64,000 bases of DNA from an uncultured Chloroflexia bacterium. Lineage in GTDB: Bacteria > Chloroflexota > Limnocylindria > Limnocylindrales > CSP1-4. This document shows, in pieces, positions 1-7,095 of this stretch; the first letter of the stretch is position 1; each line of letters opens with the position of its first letter. The notes below the pieces were generated by a model. That model had not been told where the DNA came from, ran no database searches, and was given only the letters and a program-made list of their open reading frames with translations. Location of the stretch: NCBI GenBank assembly GCA_963746845.1, contig CAVVCZ010000002.1, positions 192,001 to 256,000 on the forward strand, in the 5' to 3' direction. A program made the position numbers and the translations under genes.

Positions 1-654
1 TCGAGCGCCCGCCACCTGGCCTCAGGCTACGATCCGCTGTCCCTCGACGAGTTCACCCGGTTCATGCCGATCCCCGTGGCGGTCGGCAATACGACGAACA
101 GCGCCGCCGCGTTCGCGCTGATGGAGCAGGGTGCGGCCGCCGTGTTCGTGGGCGTCGGGCCGGGCGCGGCCTGCACGACGCGCGAGGTGCTCGGGATCGG
201 CGTCCCACAGGTCACCGCGATCAGCGACGTGGCCGCGGCCCGGGACAGCTACTTCGCCGAGACCGGCCGGTACGTGCCGATCGTCGCCGACGGCGGGATG
301 CGCCGCGGCGGCGAGCTCGCCAAGGCGATCGCCGCGGGCGCCGACGTCCTGATGATCGGGTCGCCTCTCGCCCGCGCCGAGGAGGCGCCCGGCCGCGGCA
401 CGAACTGGGGGATGGCCGCGCCCTCGCCGACGCTGCCACGCGGCACCAGGATCAAGGTCGGGACCGTCGGGACGCTCGAGCGGATCCTGCTGGGCCCGGC
501 CCACGTCACGGACGGGTCCGAGAACCTCGTCGGCGCGCTCCGTCAGTCGATGGCCGCGCTCGGCGCCCGAACGATCCGCGACCTCCAGCGGGTCGAGATG
601 ATCCACGCCCCGGCGGTCAGCACCGAGGGCAAGTCCTGGCAGCGAGGTCGCTGA
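1..654 (+). CDS. guaB: GuaB3-family IMP dehydrogenase-related protein (5' truncated by window edge)
   Basis: Frame open from base 1; motifs GVGPGAACTTREVLGIGVPQ, VPIVADGG and NWGMAAPSPTLPRGTRI; guaA lies nearby. Confidence 0.9.
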   Translation, partial: SSARHLASGYDPLSLDEFTRFMPIPVAVGNTTNSAAAFALMEQGAAAVFVGVGPGAACTTREVLGIGVPQVTAISDVAAARDSYFAETGRYVPIVADGGMRRGGELAKAIAAGADVLMIGSPLARAEEAPGRGTNWGMAAPSPTLPRGTRIKVGTVGTLERILLGPAHVTDGSENLVGALRQSMAALGARTIRDLQRVEMIHAPAVSTEGKSWQRGR

Positions 655-667
655 GCCGGCCTGGGCG

Positions 668-1042
668 ATGGACGACGACCTCGTCCGGGACGGCCGGTAC
701 GCCCGGCTGGAGATCCGCGGTCACCGTTCGGGTCTCCCGCGTCCGGTGACCGTCGGGTTCGTGGACCGGCCGGACGGCACCATCGTCGTCGCGGCGCGCG
801 CCGACCAGACGGCCTGGGCCCGGAACCTCGAGGCCGACCCGGAGGTCCTCGTCACGATCGGGACCGACGCGGTGCGGGCGACGGCCGAGCTGCTGGCAGA
901 TGACGACCCGCGCCGGCCGGCAGCGATCCGCGACCTGATCCTGCGCTATGGCACGCCGTCCGAGGGCCTGGGTCGGGGCCCGGTGTTCGTCCTCACGACC
1001 GCGCCGCCCGCCGGCGACCCCGATCACGCCGCGGCCGGGTGA
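668..1042 (+). CDS. Deazaflavin (F420)-dependent nitroreductase-family oxidoreductase (DUF385-like)
   Basis: LEIRGHRSGLPRPVTV and WARNLEADPEV match the split-barrel nitroreductase family pattern. Confidence 0.75.
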   Translation: MDDDLVRDGRYARLEIRGHRSGLPRPVTVGFVDRPDGTIVVAARADQTAWARNLEADPEVLVTIGTDAVRATAELLADDDPRRPAAIRDLILRYGTPSEGLGRGPVFVLTTAPPAGDPDHAAAG

Positions 1043-1046
1043 TCCA

Positions 1047-1114
1047 TACGTCATCCGTCGCACGAACCACCGTACGTCCGGACGATGGCCGGACGGGACC
1101 TCGACCGGCAGCAT
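1047..1114 (+). promoter_or_regulatory. Promoter P1: box TACGTCATCCGTCGCA (1047-1062), CGATG (1083), -10 CAGCAT (1109-1114)
   Basis: Same elements and spacing as P2-P4. Confidence 0.6.
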
Positions 1115-1156
1115 GTGAACCACGGCACCTGCCGATCGCCCTCAAGGGATGGACCG

Positions 1157-1279
1157 ATGGACCCGCTCGGGACCCTGATCGTGTCACTGGGAACGCTGAT
1201 CGTCCTCGATCTCGCTGCGCTTCAGCTCGGCGGACCGCGACGCTCGCGGAACCGATCCCGAAGCGTTCGCTCGCGCTGA
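1157..1279 (+). CDS. 40-aa micro-protein, one transmembrane helix plus Arg/Ser-rich tail
   Basis: MDPLGTLIVSLGTLIVLDLAALQLGGPRRSRNRSRSVRSR; purine-rich AAGGGA/GGA upstream; lies directly downstream of P1. Confidence 0.6.
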   Translation: MDPLGTLIVSLGTLIVLDLAALQLGGPRRSRNRSRSVRSR

Positions 1280-1415
1280 CGGTCGTTCCTCCACGACCGG
1301 CACAACTGAATAGACGCCGACCCTCGAGGGTCTCCTCCCTCCTCCCCCTCGATCGCCGGCCGACCTGATCGAAGCGGCGCCGCCCTCCTCCTCCCGGCGC
1401 CGCTTCGACGTTTCT
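1280..1415 (+). ncRNA. Putative 3'-UTR-derived sRNA with three CCUCC-loop hairpins
   Basis: Hairpins at 1280-1299 (loop TCCTCC), 1324-1352 (loop TCTCCTCCCTCCTCC) and 1369-1408 (perfect 14-bp stem, loop CCCTCCTCCTCC, then CGTTTCT); ACAACTGAATAG at 1302-1313. Confidence 0.6.
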
Positions 1416-1577
1416 CCCGCCTTCCGTTCGCGACCGAGAACCGTTTCGTCGTCGGCGACTCCATGATGTCCGACGGGGCCGTGACGGCCGGCAACGACAA
1501 GCCACCACACGACGTTCCCCGGCGGCGGTTCCCGGACCCGGCACCGGGTCGCCGCCGGCACATCTTCCCGCCGCCGC

Positions 1578-1645
1578 TACGTCATTCGGCGTACGTCGGT
1601 CGCCGTCGTCCGTCGGTGGTCGTCGTGGGGCACCTGTCCTAGCGT
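1578..1645 (+). promoter_or_regulatory. Promoter P2: box TACGTCATTCGGCGTA (1578-1593), CGGTG (1614), -10 TAGCGT (1640-1645)
   Basis: Palindromic TACG-N8-CGTA; spacing conserved with P1, P3 and P4. Confidence 0.65.
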
Positions 1646-1694
1646 CTCGTCGTTGGATCCGTGGCAGCCAGAACCCGACCAACCCCTACCCATG

Positions 1695-1727
1695 ACAACT
1701 GAAGAACAACCGAAGAACAACCGAAGA
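1695..1727 (+). repeat. Tandem 11-bp repeat ACAACTGAAGA-ACAACCGAAGA-ACAACCGAAGA (copy A)
   Basis: Read directly; identical to 3133-3165. Confidence 0.95.
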
Positions 1728-1742
1728 GCGTTGCAGCAGCCA

Positions 1743-1780
1743 AGCGGCCGGACTGTCGGATCCACGACGGGCCGGTCGTT
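1743..1780 (+). terminator. Hairpin ending the P2 transcript (possibly bidirectional with DUF1028)
   Basis: AGCGGCCGG/CCGGTCGTT outer stem and CTGTCG/CGACGG inner stem. Confidence 0.5.
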
Positions 1781-1796
1781 CGGTGTCCGGCGCGGA

Positions 1797-2687
1797 TCAG
1801 CCCTCGATCAGGGCCCGCGCTCCGTCCACCAGCTCCGGCTGGGCGCGGCTCGCAGCGAGCCGGCGCAGAAACTCGGGCCAGCGCGGGTTGACCGCGGTCG
1901 CCTCGGCGAGCAACGCCTGCGCCGGCTCGACCAGTCCGGCGCTCGCCATCCCGATCGCTCGCCAGACGAGGACCTGGGCGTCGCCGGGGGCGAGCCGCGA
2001 GGCCTCCTCCGACGCGCGACCGGCGCCTTCCGCGTCACCGGACCGGCCCAGCTCCTCGGCCCGGTCGAGCGCCTCGAACCCGAGCTGGAGCCGGGTCAGC
2101 CGCTCGAGCTCGTCGAGGGGCGCCGGATGATCGTCGACCCGGATGTCGAACGACCGCGTCCAGCCCGGCTCGTCCGGCGTCCCGGACACGATCAGGGCGG
2201 CCGCCTGCCGGCCCCGGATGTCGCCGCCCTCCCGTTCCGCCGCGCGGAGCGCCGCGAGCAGGCGATCCACGAACGAGACCGCCGGCTCCGCCCAGGCGGC
2301 GAGCATCGCCGCGGGGACCGTCGAGCGCTCCATCATGTTGGCCTGGATCGCCACCCCGTCGGCGGTGAGGTGGCCCGCCGCCTCGACGCACGCCGAGCCG
2401 GTCCAGGAGGCCGTCCGGCCGCTCGCGTCGACGATCCCGACCTGGCGGACCTCGCGACCCGGGTCCGCGTCGAGCACCCGGCCCAGCGCGTCCGCTGCCG
2501 CGACGCCGGCCCGCAGGAGGGCCAGGCCGTCCGGGCCATGCGCGATCTGCGTGAACGACTGGGTGGCGACGGCCCCGACCCCGGATTCCATCCACGGCAC
2601 TGAGGCGCCGACGAACGGCCAGCACGTCTGGACGGCGACACCGAAGCGCCCCGTCGCGGGATCGCGGGCGACGATCGAGTAGGTCAT
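1797..2687 (-). CDS. DUF1028 (Ntn-hydrolase-like) domain protein with C-terminal TPR-like helices
   Basis: MTYSIVARDPATGRFGVAVQT, GVGAVATQS, RQVGIVD, GGDIRGRQAAAL and DIRVDDHPAPLDELERL; GGAGG RBS before ATG 2687. Confidence 0.88.
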   Translation of the reverse strand: MTYSIVARDPATGRFGVAVQTCWPFVGASVPWMESGVGAVATQSFTQIAHGPDGLALLRAGVAAADALGRVLDADPGREVRQVGIVDASGRTASWTGSACVEAAGHLTADGVAIQANMMERSTVPAAMLAAWAEPAVSFVDRLLAALRAAEREGGDIRGRQAAALIVSGTPDEPGWTRSFDIRVDDHPAPLDELERLTRLQLGFEALDRAEELGRSGDAEGAGRASEEASRLAPGDAQVLVWRAIGMASAGLVEPAQALLAEATAVNPRWPEFLRRLAASRAQPELVDGARALIEG

Positions 2688-2745
2688 CTGGCTGCCTCCG
2701 CTGGGCGCTCGTGCGTCGAACGACCCGTCATGAACGGCCCTCGCA

Positions 2746-2812
2746 TACGTCATCGGTCGTAACGCGGCCATGGCAGGTGCCGATGCCGCCGCCGTCCGGC
2801 CGGTCCTAGTGT
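2746..2812 (+). promoter_or_regulatory. Promoter P3: box TACGTCATCGGTCGTA (2746-2761), CGATG (2781), -10 TAGTGT (2807-2812)
   Basis: Palindromic TACG-N8-CGTA; conserved spacing. Confidence 0.65.
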
Positions 2813-2868
2813 GCTCGCACGAGGACCGCAAGGGCCGGTCCACCGCTCGGAGAACGGAGTCGCACACC

Positions 2869-3081
2869 ATGGACAGCCAGCAGGTCATGCATGAGGCAGG
2901 AGACCGGGGCCGTCGTGGGTGCCTCGTGGAGGGATGTCCGTGCAAGGACGCCAGGATCGTCTCCATGCGCCGGGCCGCCTTCTTCGCCGCCTGGGCCCGG
3001 AACCGGGGCGAGACCGCCGACCGCTTCGTCTCGCCTGAGGCCGGCTGGCGGATCCCGACCCTCATTCCCTCGGCCGCCTGA
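2869..3081 (+). CDS. 70-aa small protein with H...CLVEGCPC putative metal-binding motif
   Basis: GGAG RBS at 2856-2859; MDSQQVMHEAGDRGRRGCLVEGCPCKDARIVSMRRAAFFAAWA...; lies downstream of P3. Confidence 0.65.
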   Translation: MDSQQVMHEAGDRGRRGCLVEGCPCKDARIVSMRRAAFFAAWARNRGETADRFVSPEAGWRIPTLIPSAA

Positions 3082-3132
3082 CGAATTCTCAGAGACCTCG
3101 CAGACGACGACCGGACGATCGCCCTGCGTCCG

Positions 3133-3165
3133 ACAACTGAAGAACAACCGAAGAACAACCGAAGA
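3133..3165 (+). repeat. Tandem 11-bp repeat 3x ACAACYGAAGA (copy B) in the 3' UTR of the 70-aa gene
   Basis: Read directly; 34 bp (3132-3165) identical to 1694-1727. Confidence 0.95.
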
Positions 3166-3178
3166 CGCCACTCCCGAA

Positions 3179-3208
3179 ACGACCGGCCGCCGCCAGCGAG
3201 CCGGTCGT
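3179..3208 (+). terminator. Hairpin ending the P3 transcript
   Basis: ACGACCGGC/GCCGGTCGT stem; shares the GCCGGTCGT arm with the 1743-1780 hairpin. Confidence 0.5.
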
Positions 3209-3275
3209 CTCAATTCCCGGCCCCGCGGGAGCCGTCGAGACGGCCCGGGCGGTCGGCCGGGTGACCCGGGGCGGC

Positions 3276-3342
3276 ATCGTCATCCGTCGCCCCGTGGCGT
3301 CGCCGTCCGCCGATGGTCGCCCGCGTGGTCGCCGACGAGGAT
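3276..3342 (+). promoter_or_regulatory. Promoter P4: degenerate box ATCGTCATCCGTCGCC (3276-3291), CGATG (3311), -10 GAGGAT (3337-3342)
   Basis: 13-bp core CGTCATCCGTCGC identical to P1; conserved spacing. Confidence 0.55.
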
Positions 3343-3389
3343 CAGGGTCGCCAGCAACCGCCATCCGGCGCCACTCGGAGACGACCCAC

Positions 3390-3833
3390 ATGTTTCGCGG
3401 ATCCCGCCTCGCGGCCTCGTTCCTGCTCGTCCTCACCGGTCTGACCGCTCTCGCGACCGCCCTGTTCGTCGTGCCGGCGGCCGTCGGGGCCGGCGGCGGG
3501 CGGTGGCTGACGCCGGTCGTCCTCTTCCTCGCGATCCTCCACTTCGTCGCGCTCGTCGGCATCTACCGCGGGCGTGACTGGGGCCGCAACCTCGCGGTGT
3601 TCGTGGCCGAGCTCGGCGGCGGGATCGCGATCCTCGGCGCCATCTCGCTGCTCACCGGTGCCCATCCGTTCGGCGCCGACAGCGCGACGGGCCTCGGCCT
3701 GATCGCCTGGTCCGCGGGTGTCTACGCGCTGCTCGGGATCGCGGCCGGCCGGATCCCGGTCCTGTCGCGACTGACCCCGATCGAGCGCCGCCGGGTCGTC
3801 TTCGGCCCGAGCTTCGCCGGCATCGTCCGCTGA
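3390..3833 (+). CDS. Small integral membrane protein (about 4 TM)
   Basis: GGAG RBS at 3377; ATG 3390; four hydrophobic segments. Confidence 0.75.
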   Translation: MFRGSRLAASFLLVLTGLTALATALFVVPAAVGAGGGRWLTPVVLFLAILHFVALVGIYRGRDWGRNLAVFVAELGGGIAILGAISLLTGAHPFGADSATGLGLIAWSAGVYALLGIAAGRIPVLSRLTPIERRRVVFGPSFAGIVR

Positions 3834-3892
3834 CGCGAGGTGCGGCGCGGCCGGCCGGGGGGGACCGGGCCGGTGCCCCGTAGACTCGGCGG

Positions 3893-4276
3893 GTGACCGA
3901 CGAGCCGACCCTCTTCGACGCCGCGGGCGGCATGCCGTTCTTCGAGGCCCTCGTCGGGCGGTTCTACGAGGGCGTGGCGGTCGACCCGGTCCTGCGACCG
4001 CTCTACCCGGAGCCGGATCTTGCCGGCGCTCGTCACCGGCTGACCCTGTTCCTCGCCCAGTACTGGGGCGGCCCGACCACCTACGACGCCGAGCGTGGTC
4101 ACCCACGGCTCCGGATGCGCCACGCGCCGTTCGCCATCGGTCCGACGGAGCGTGATGCGTGGCTCGTCCGGATGCGCGAGGCGGTCACCTGGTCCGAGCC
4201 GCCGGCGCCGGTCGCCGCGCGGCTCCTCGCCTACTTCGACATGGCGGCGGAGGCGATGCGCAACCGCGACGGGTAG
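3893..4276 (+). CDS. glbO: Group II truncated haemoglobin (GlbO-like)
   Basis: LFLAQYWGGPTTY and RGHPRLRMRHAPFAIG; leaderless, TAGACT 6 nt upstream of GTG. Confidence 0.9.
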   Translation: MTDEPTLFDAAGGMPFFEALVGRFYEGVAVDPVLRPLYPEPDLAGARHRLTLFLAQYWGGPTTYDAERGHPRLRMRHAPFAIGPTERDAWLVRMREAVTWSEPPAPVAARLLAYFDMAAEAMRNRDG

Positions 4277-4315
4277 CGGACGGCTAGACTGGGTCGAAGC
4301 GACGAGGAGGGCGGA

Positions 4316-6085
4316 TTGACGGAGGCGGACCAGGAGCCATCGACCCCGGCCGCCGCGACCGGCCGACCGCCGAGGGAGCGCGGCAAGACCGTCCACGGTG
4401 AGCCGGCGAACGCGGGGCATCGCGTCCTCGCCCCGGACGATGCCGAGGTCGAGGCCTATCTCGAGACCGCCCTCAAGGCGCCGATTCCCACCCGCTCGGC
4501 CGACGACCGCCCCGACGTCGGTGAGCCCGATTCGGTCGTCGTCCTCGACTTCGGCAGCCAGTTCGCCCAGCTCATCGCCCGCCGCGTCCGCGAGCTCAAC
4601 GTCTACTCCGAGCTCATCCCCCACGACACGCCGTGGGCCGAGATCGAGCGCCGCCGGCCCAAGGCGATCATCCTCTCCGGCGGCCCGAACTCCGTGTACG
4701 ACACCGACGCCCCGAAGCCCGACGCGGGCGTCTGGTCCGGCCGGATCCCGGTCCTCGGGATCTGCTACGGCGCCCAGCTGATGGCGAGCGAGCTCGGCGG
4801 CGACGTCGTCGCGACCTCGAAGCGCGAGTACGGGCCGGCAACCGTGACCATCACGGACGCGGACGGGCTGTTCACCGGCCTCGATCGCGACCAGCCCGTC
4901 TGGATGAGCCATGGCGATTCGATCACCCGGCTCCCCGAGGGCTTCCGCTCGACCGCCCAGACCGGCTCGTCGCCGTTCGCCGGTCTCGCCGCCCCGGACC
5001 GGAACCTGTACGGGATCCAGTTCCATCCCGAGGTGGTCCACACCCCGGCCGGCCGCGACGTGCTGCGCAACTTCGTGCTCGGCATCGCCGGTGCCTCGCC
5101 GACCTGGACGCCAGCGAACTTCATCGAGCAGACGGTCGCCGAGATCCGTGGGCGGGTCGATGCGCACGCGGCGGCCACGGGCTCCGACGGGCTCGTGATC
5201 TGCGCCTTGTCCGGCGGCGTGGACTCCGCGGTCGCGGCGGCTCTCGTCCATCGGGCGGTCGGGGATCGGCTGACCTGCATCTACGTCGACCACGGGCTGA
5301 TGCGCAAGAAGGAGTCGGAGCTTCTGCGCGAGACGTTCGCCGAGCACCTCGGGATGCGTCTCGTGATGGTCGACGCGCGCGAGCGGTTCCTCGCCCGGCT
5401 CGCCGGTGTCGAGGACCCGGAGCAGAAGCGGAAGATCATCGGGGACGAGTTCATCCGGGTCTTCGAGGAGGAGTCGCAGAAGCTCGGGCGGATCGACTTC
5501 CTGACCCAGGGGACGCTCTATCCGGACGTCATCGAGAGCGCGACCGCCGAGACGAAGGCGGCCCAGAAGATCAAGACCCACCACAACGTCGGCGGGCTGC
5601 CGGCCGACCTGCGGTTCCAGCTGATCGAGCCGCTCCGGTATCTGTTCAAGGACGAGGTGCGCGCGGTCGGGCTGGAGCTCGGCCTGCCCGATGCGATCGT
5701 CCTCCGCCAGCCCTTCCCCGGACCCGGTCTGGCGATCCGGATCATCGGCGAGGTCACCGCGGAGCGGCTCGACACCCTTCGCGAGGCCGATTGGATCGTC
5801 ATCGACGAGATCAAGGGGGCCGGGCTGTACCGCTCGCTGTGGCAGTCGTTCGCGATCCTCACGCCGGTGCGGAGCGTCGGCGTGATGGGCGACGGCCGGA
5901 CCTACGCGAACGTCGTCGCCGTCCGGGCGGTCACGTCGGAGGACGGGATGACCGCCGACTGGGCGAAGCTCCCGTACGATGTGCTCGCAACGATCTCCAG
6001 CCGGATCGTCAACGAGGTCGCGGGCGTCAACCGGGTCGTGTACGACATCTCGTCGAAGCCCCCCGCCACGATCGAGTGGGAGTAG
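4316..6085 (+). CDS. guaA: GMP synthase (glutamine-hydrolysing) with ~70-aa N-terminal extension
   Basis: [33 protein letters not shown] and [14 protein letters not shown]; AGGAGG before TTG. Confidence 0.97.
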   Translation: MTEADQEPSTPAAATGRPPRERGKTVHGEPANAGHRVLAPDDAEVEAYLETALKAPIPTRSADDRPDVGEPDSVVVLDFGSQFAQLIARRVRELNVYSELIPHDTPWAEIERRRPKAIILSGGPNSVYDTDAPKPDAGVWSGRIPVLGICYGAQLMASELGGDVVATSKREYGPATVTITDADGLFTGLDRDQPVWMSHGDSITRLPEGFRSTAQTGSSPFAGLAAPDRNLYGIQFHPEVVHTPAGRDVLRNFVLGIAGASPTWTPANFIEQTVAEIRGRVDAHAAATGSDGLVICALSGGVDSAVAAALVHRAVGDRLTCIYVDHGLMRKKESELLRETFAEHLGMRLVMVDARERFLARLAGVEDPEQKRKIIGDEFIRVFEEESQKLGRIDFLTQGTLYPDVIESATAETKAAQKIKTHHNVGGLPADLRFQLIEPLRYLFKDEVRAVGLELGLPDAIVLRQPFPGPGLAIRIIGEVTAERLDTLREADWIVIDEIKGAGLYRSLWQSFAILTPVRSVGVMGDGRTYANVVAVRAVTSEDGMTADWAKLPYDVLATISSRIVNEVAGVNRVVYDISSKPPATIEWE

Positions 6086-6144
6086 GAGTCGGCCCCTCGC
6101 GCCCGTCGCGTTCCCCTCGCGGGCCGTCGTTTCCTCCCGGGTCG

Positions 6145-6360
6145 GACATGCATCGCAGTGCTGGATCGGAGCCTGTGTGACGCGTTGCCTGCCAATTCGC
6201 CACCGATGGGGCGGCCTCCCACGCTCGGGACAGCGTGGACGTACCCCGGCGCCCCACCCCGCGCCGCCCAAACCGTTGCGGAAGCCCGTCGCGTAGCACT
6301 GCGGCGCAAGTCGGGGGCGGTTGCGGGCGCGACAGCCGTGACCCCAGCACAGCCGCCCGT
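6145..6360. ncRNA. Candidate structured RNA in the guaA downstream intergenic region
   Basis: Long-range stem 6145-6162/6295-6312 (15 of 18 Watson-Crick), nested stems, and a further hairpin 6315-6358. Confidence 0.45.
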
Positions 6361-6413
6361 ACTAGGCCGTTCGGGGGGTTCGCGTGCGATGTGCACCCGT
6401 TATTGTGTGCCGC

Positions 6414-7040
6414 ATGTCGGACGACGCCTCCACGGCTGCCCTGCCCGAGCCTCGCTGCACCTGGTGTTCGGCGGTGCTGCCGCCGGACCACGGAGCTACC
6501 TGCCCGTCATGTGGCGCCACCCTGATCGGTGACGGCGAGCCGGCCGTTCCGGGCCTCACCGCGCTCGATGCCGACGCGATCCTCCGCAATGCCCGTGGCG
6601 GCAGCAAGCCGAAATCGCGCGGCCGCCTGCTCGGGTGGATCGGCGGCGACTACGAGACCGAGACCGGTGAGAAGTCGCCTCCCGGGTCGCTCGCGCCGCC
6701 GCCCGTCGAGGTCCGCCGCGAGATGCTCCGCCTCGAGCTCGAGGCGCAGGTCGCGAACGCCCAGGCCGAGGTCGAGGCCATGGCCGCCGACGCCGCGATC
6801 GAGTCCGGCGTCCCCCTGAAGTCGATCGAGCAGATGGTCGAGGCCGCCGACGTCGCCGACGGGATGGACCCGAACGCGGCCGCACAGCTCGCGCCACTCG
6901 CAGCGGCCCCGGCCGAAGCGGCCCTCGGGGTCGAGGCGGCCTCCGTCGCCGGCGCCGAGGACTCAGCCGACGCCGAGCCGGCACCCGAGGCCGAAGCCGA
7001 GCCTGCCGCCGCCGAGACCGACAAGGCACCGTCCGCCTGA
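6414..7040 (+). CDS. Zinc-ribbon protein with coiled-coil and Ala/Glu-rich tail
   Basis: CTWC...CPSC; leaderless, TATTGT 7 nt upstream of ATG. Confidence 0.75.
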   Translation: MSDDASTAALPEPRCTWCSAVLPPDHGATCPSCGATLIGDGEPAVPGLTALDADAILRNARGGSKPKSRGRLLGWIGGDYETETGEKSPPGSLAPPPVEVRREMLRLELEAQVANAQAEVEAMAADAAIESGVPLKSIEQMVEAADVADGMDPNAAAQLAPLAAAPAEAALGVEAASVAGAEDSADAEPAPEAEAEPAAAETDKAPSA

Positions 7041-7095
7041 CCCGCGCCGCCTCGGTCGTCGGGGCGAAACCCGGACCAGCGGATACCCTTCGGCC

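Larger units (their letters stand above)
1652..1785 (+). ncRNA. Putative ~130-nt sRNA carrying 3x ACAACYGAAGA
   Basis: Bounded by promoter P2 and a hairpin at 1743-1780; no credible short ORF with an RBS. Confidence 0.55.

Noticed and set aside
1694-1727. 11-bp tandem repeats as a CRISPR array or iterons
   Set aside because: No spacers, units are too short, and there is no cas or rep gene
1653-2603. 316-aa + strand ORF reading through the repeat array
   Set aside because: Antisense shadow of DUF1028; Arg/Pro-rich with no motif or RBS
2688-3158. N-terminal extension of DUF1028 given in the ORF track
   Set aside because: Family homology starts at MTYSIVARD with a GGAGG RBS; the extension overlaps promoter P3 and the 70-aa gene
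6060-6145. guaA 3' end as an integration site of a mobile element
   Set aside because: No integrase, no duplicated att sequence seen, and downstream genes look like core genes
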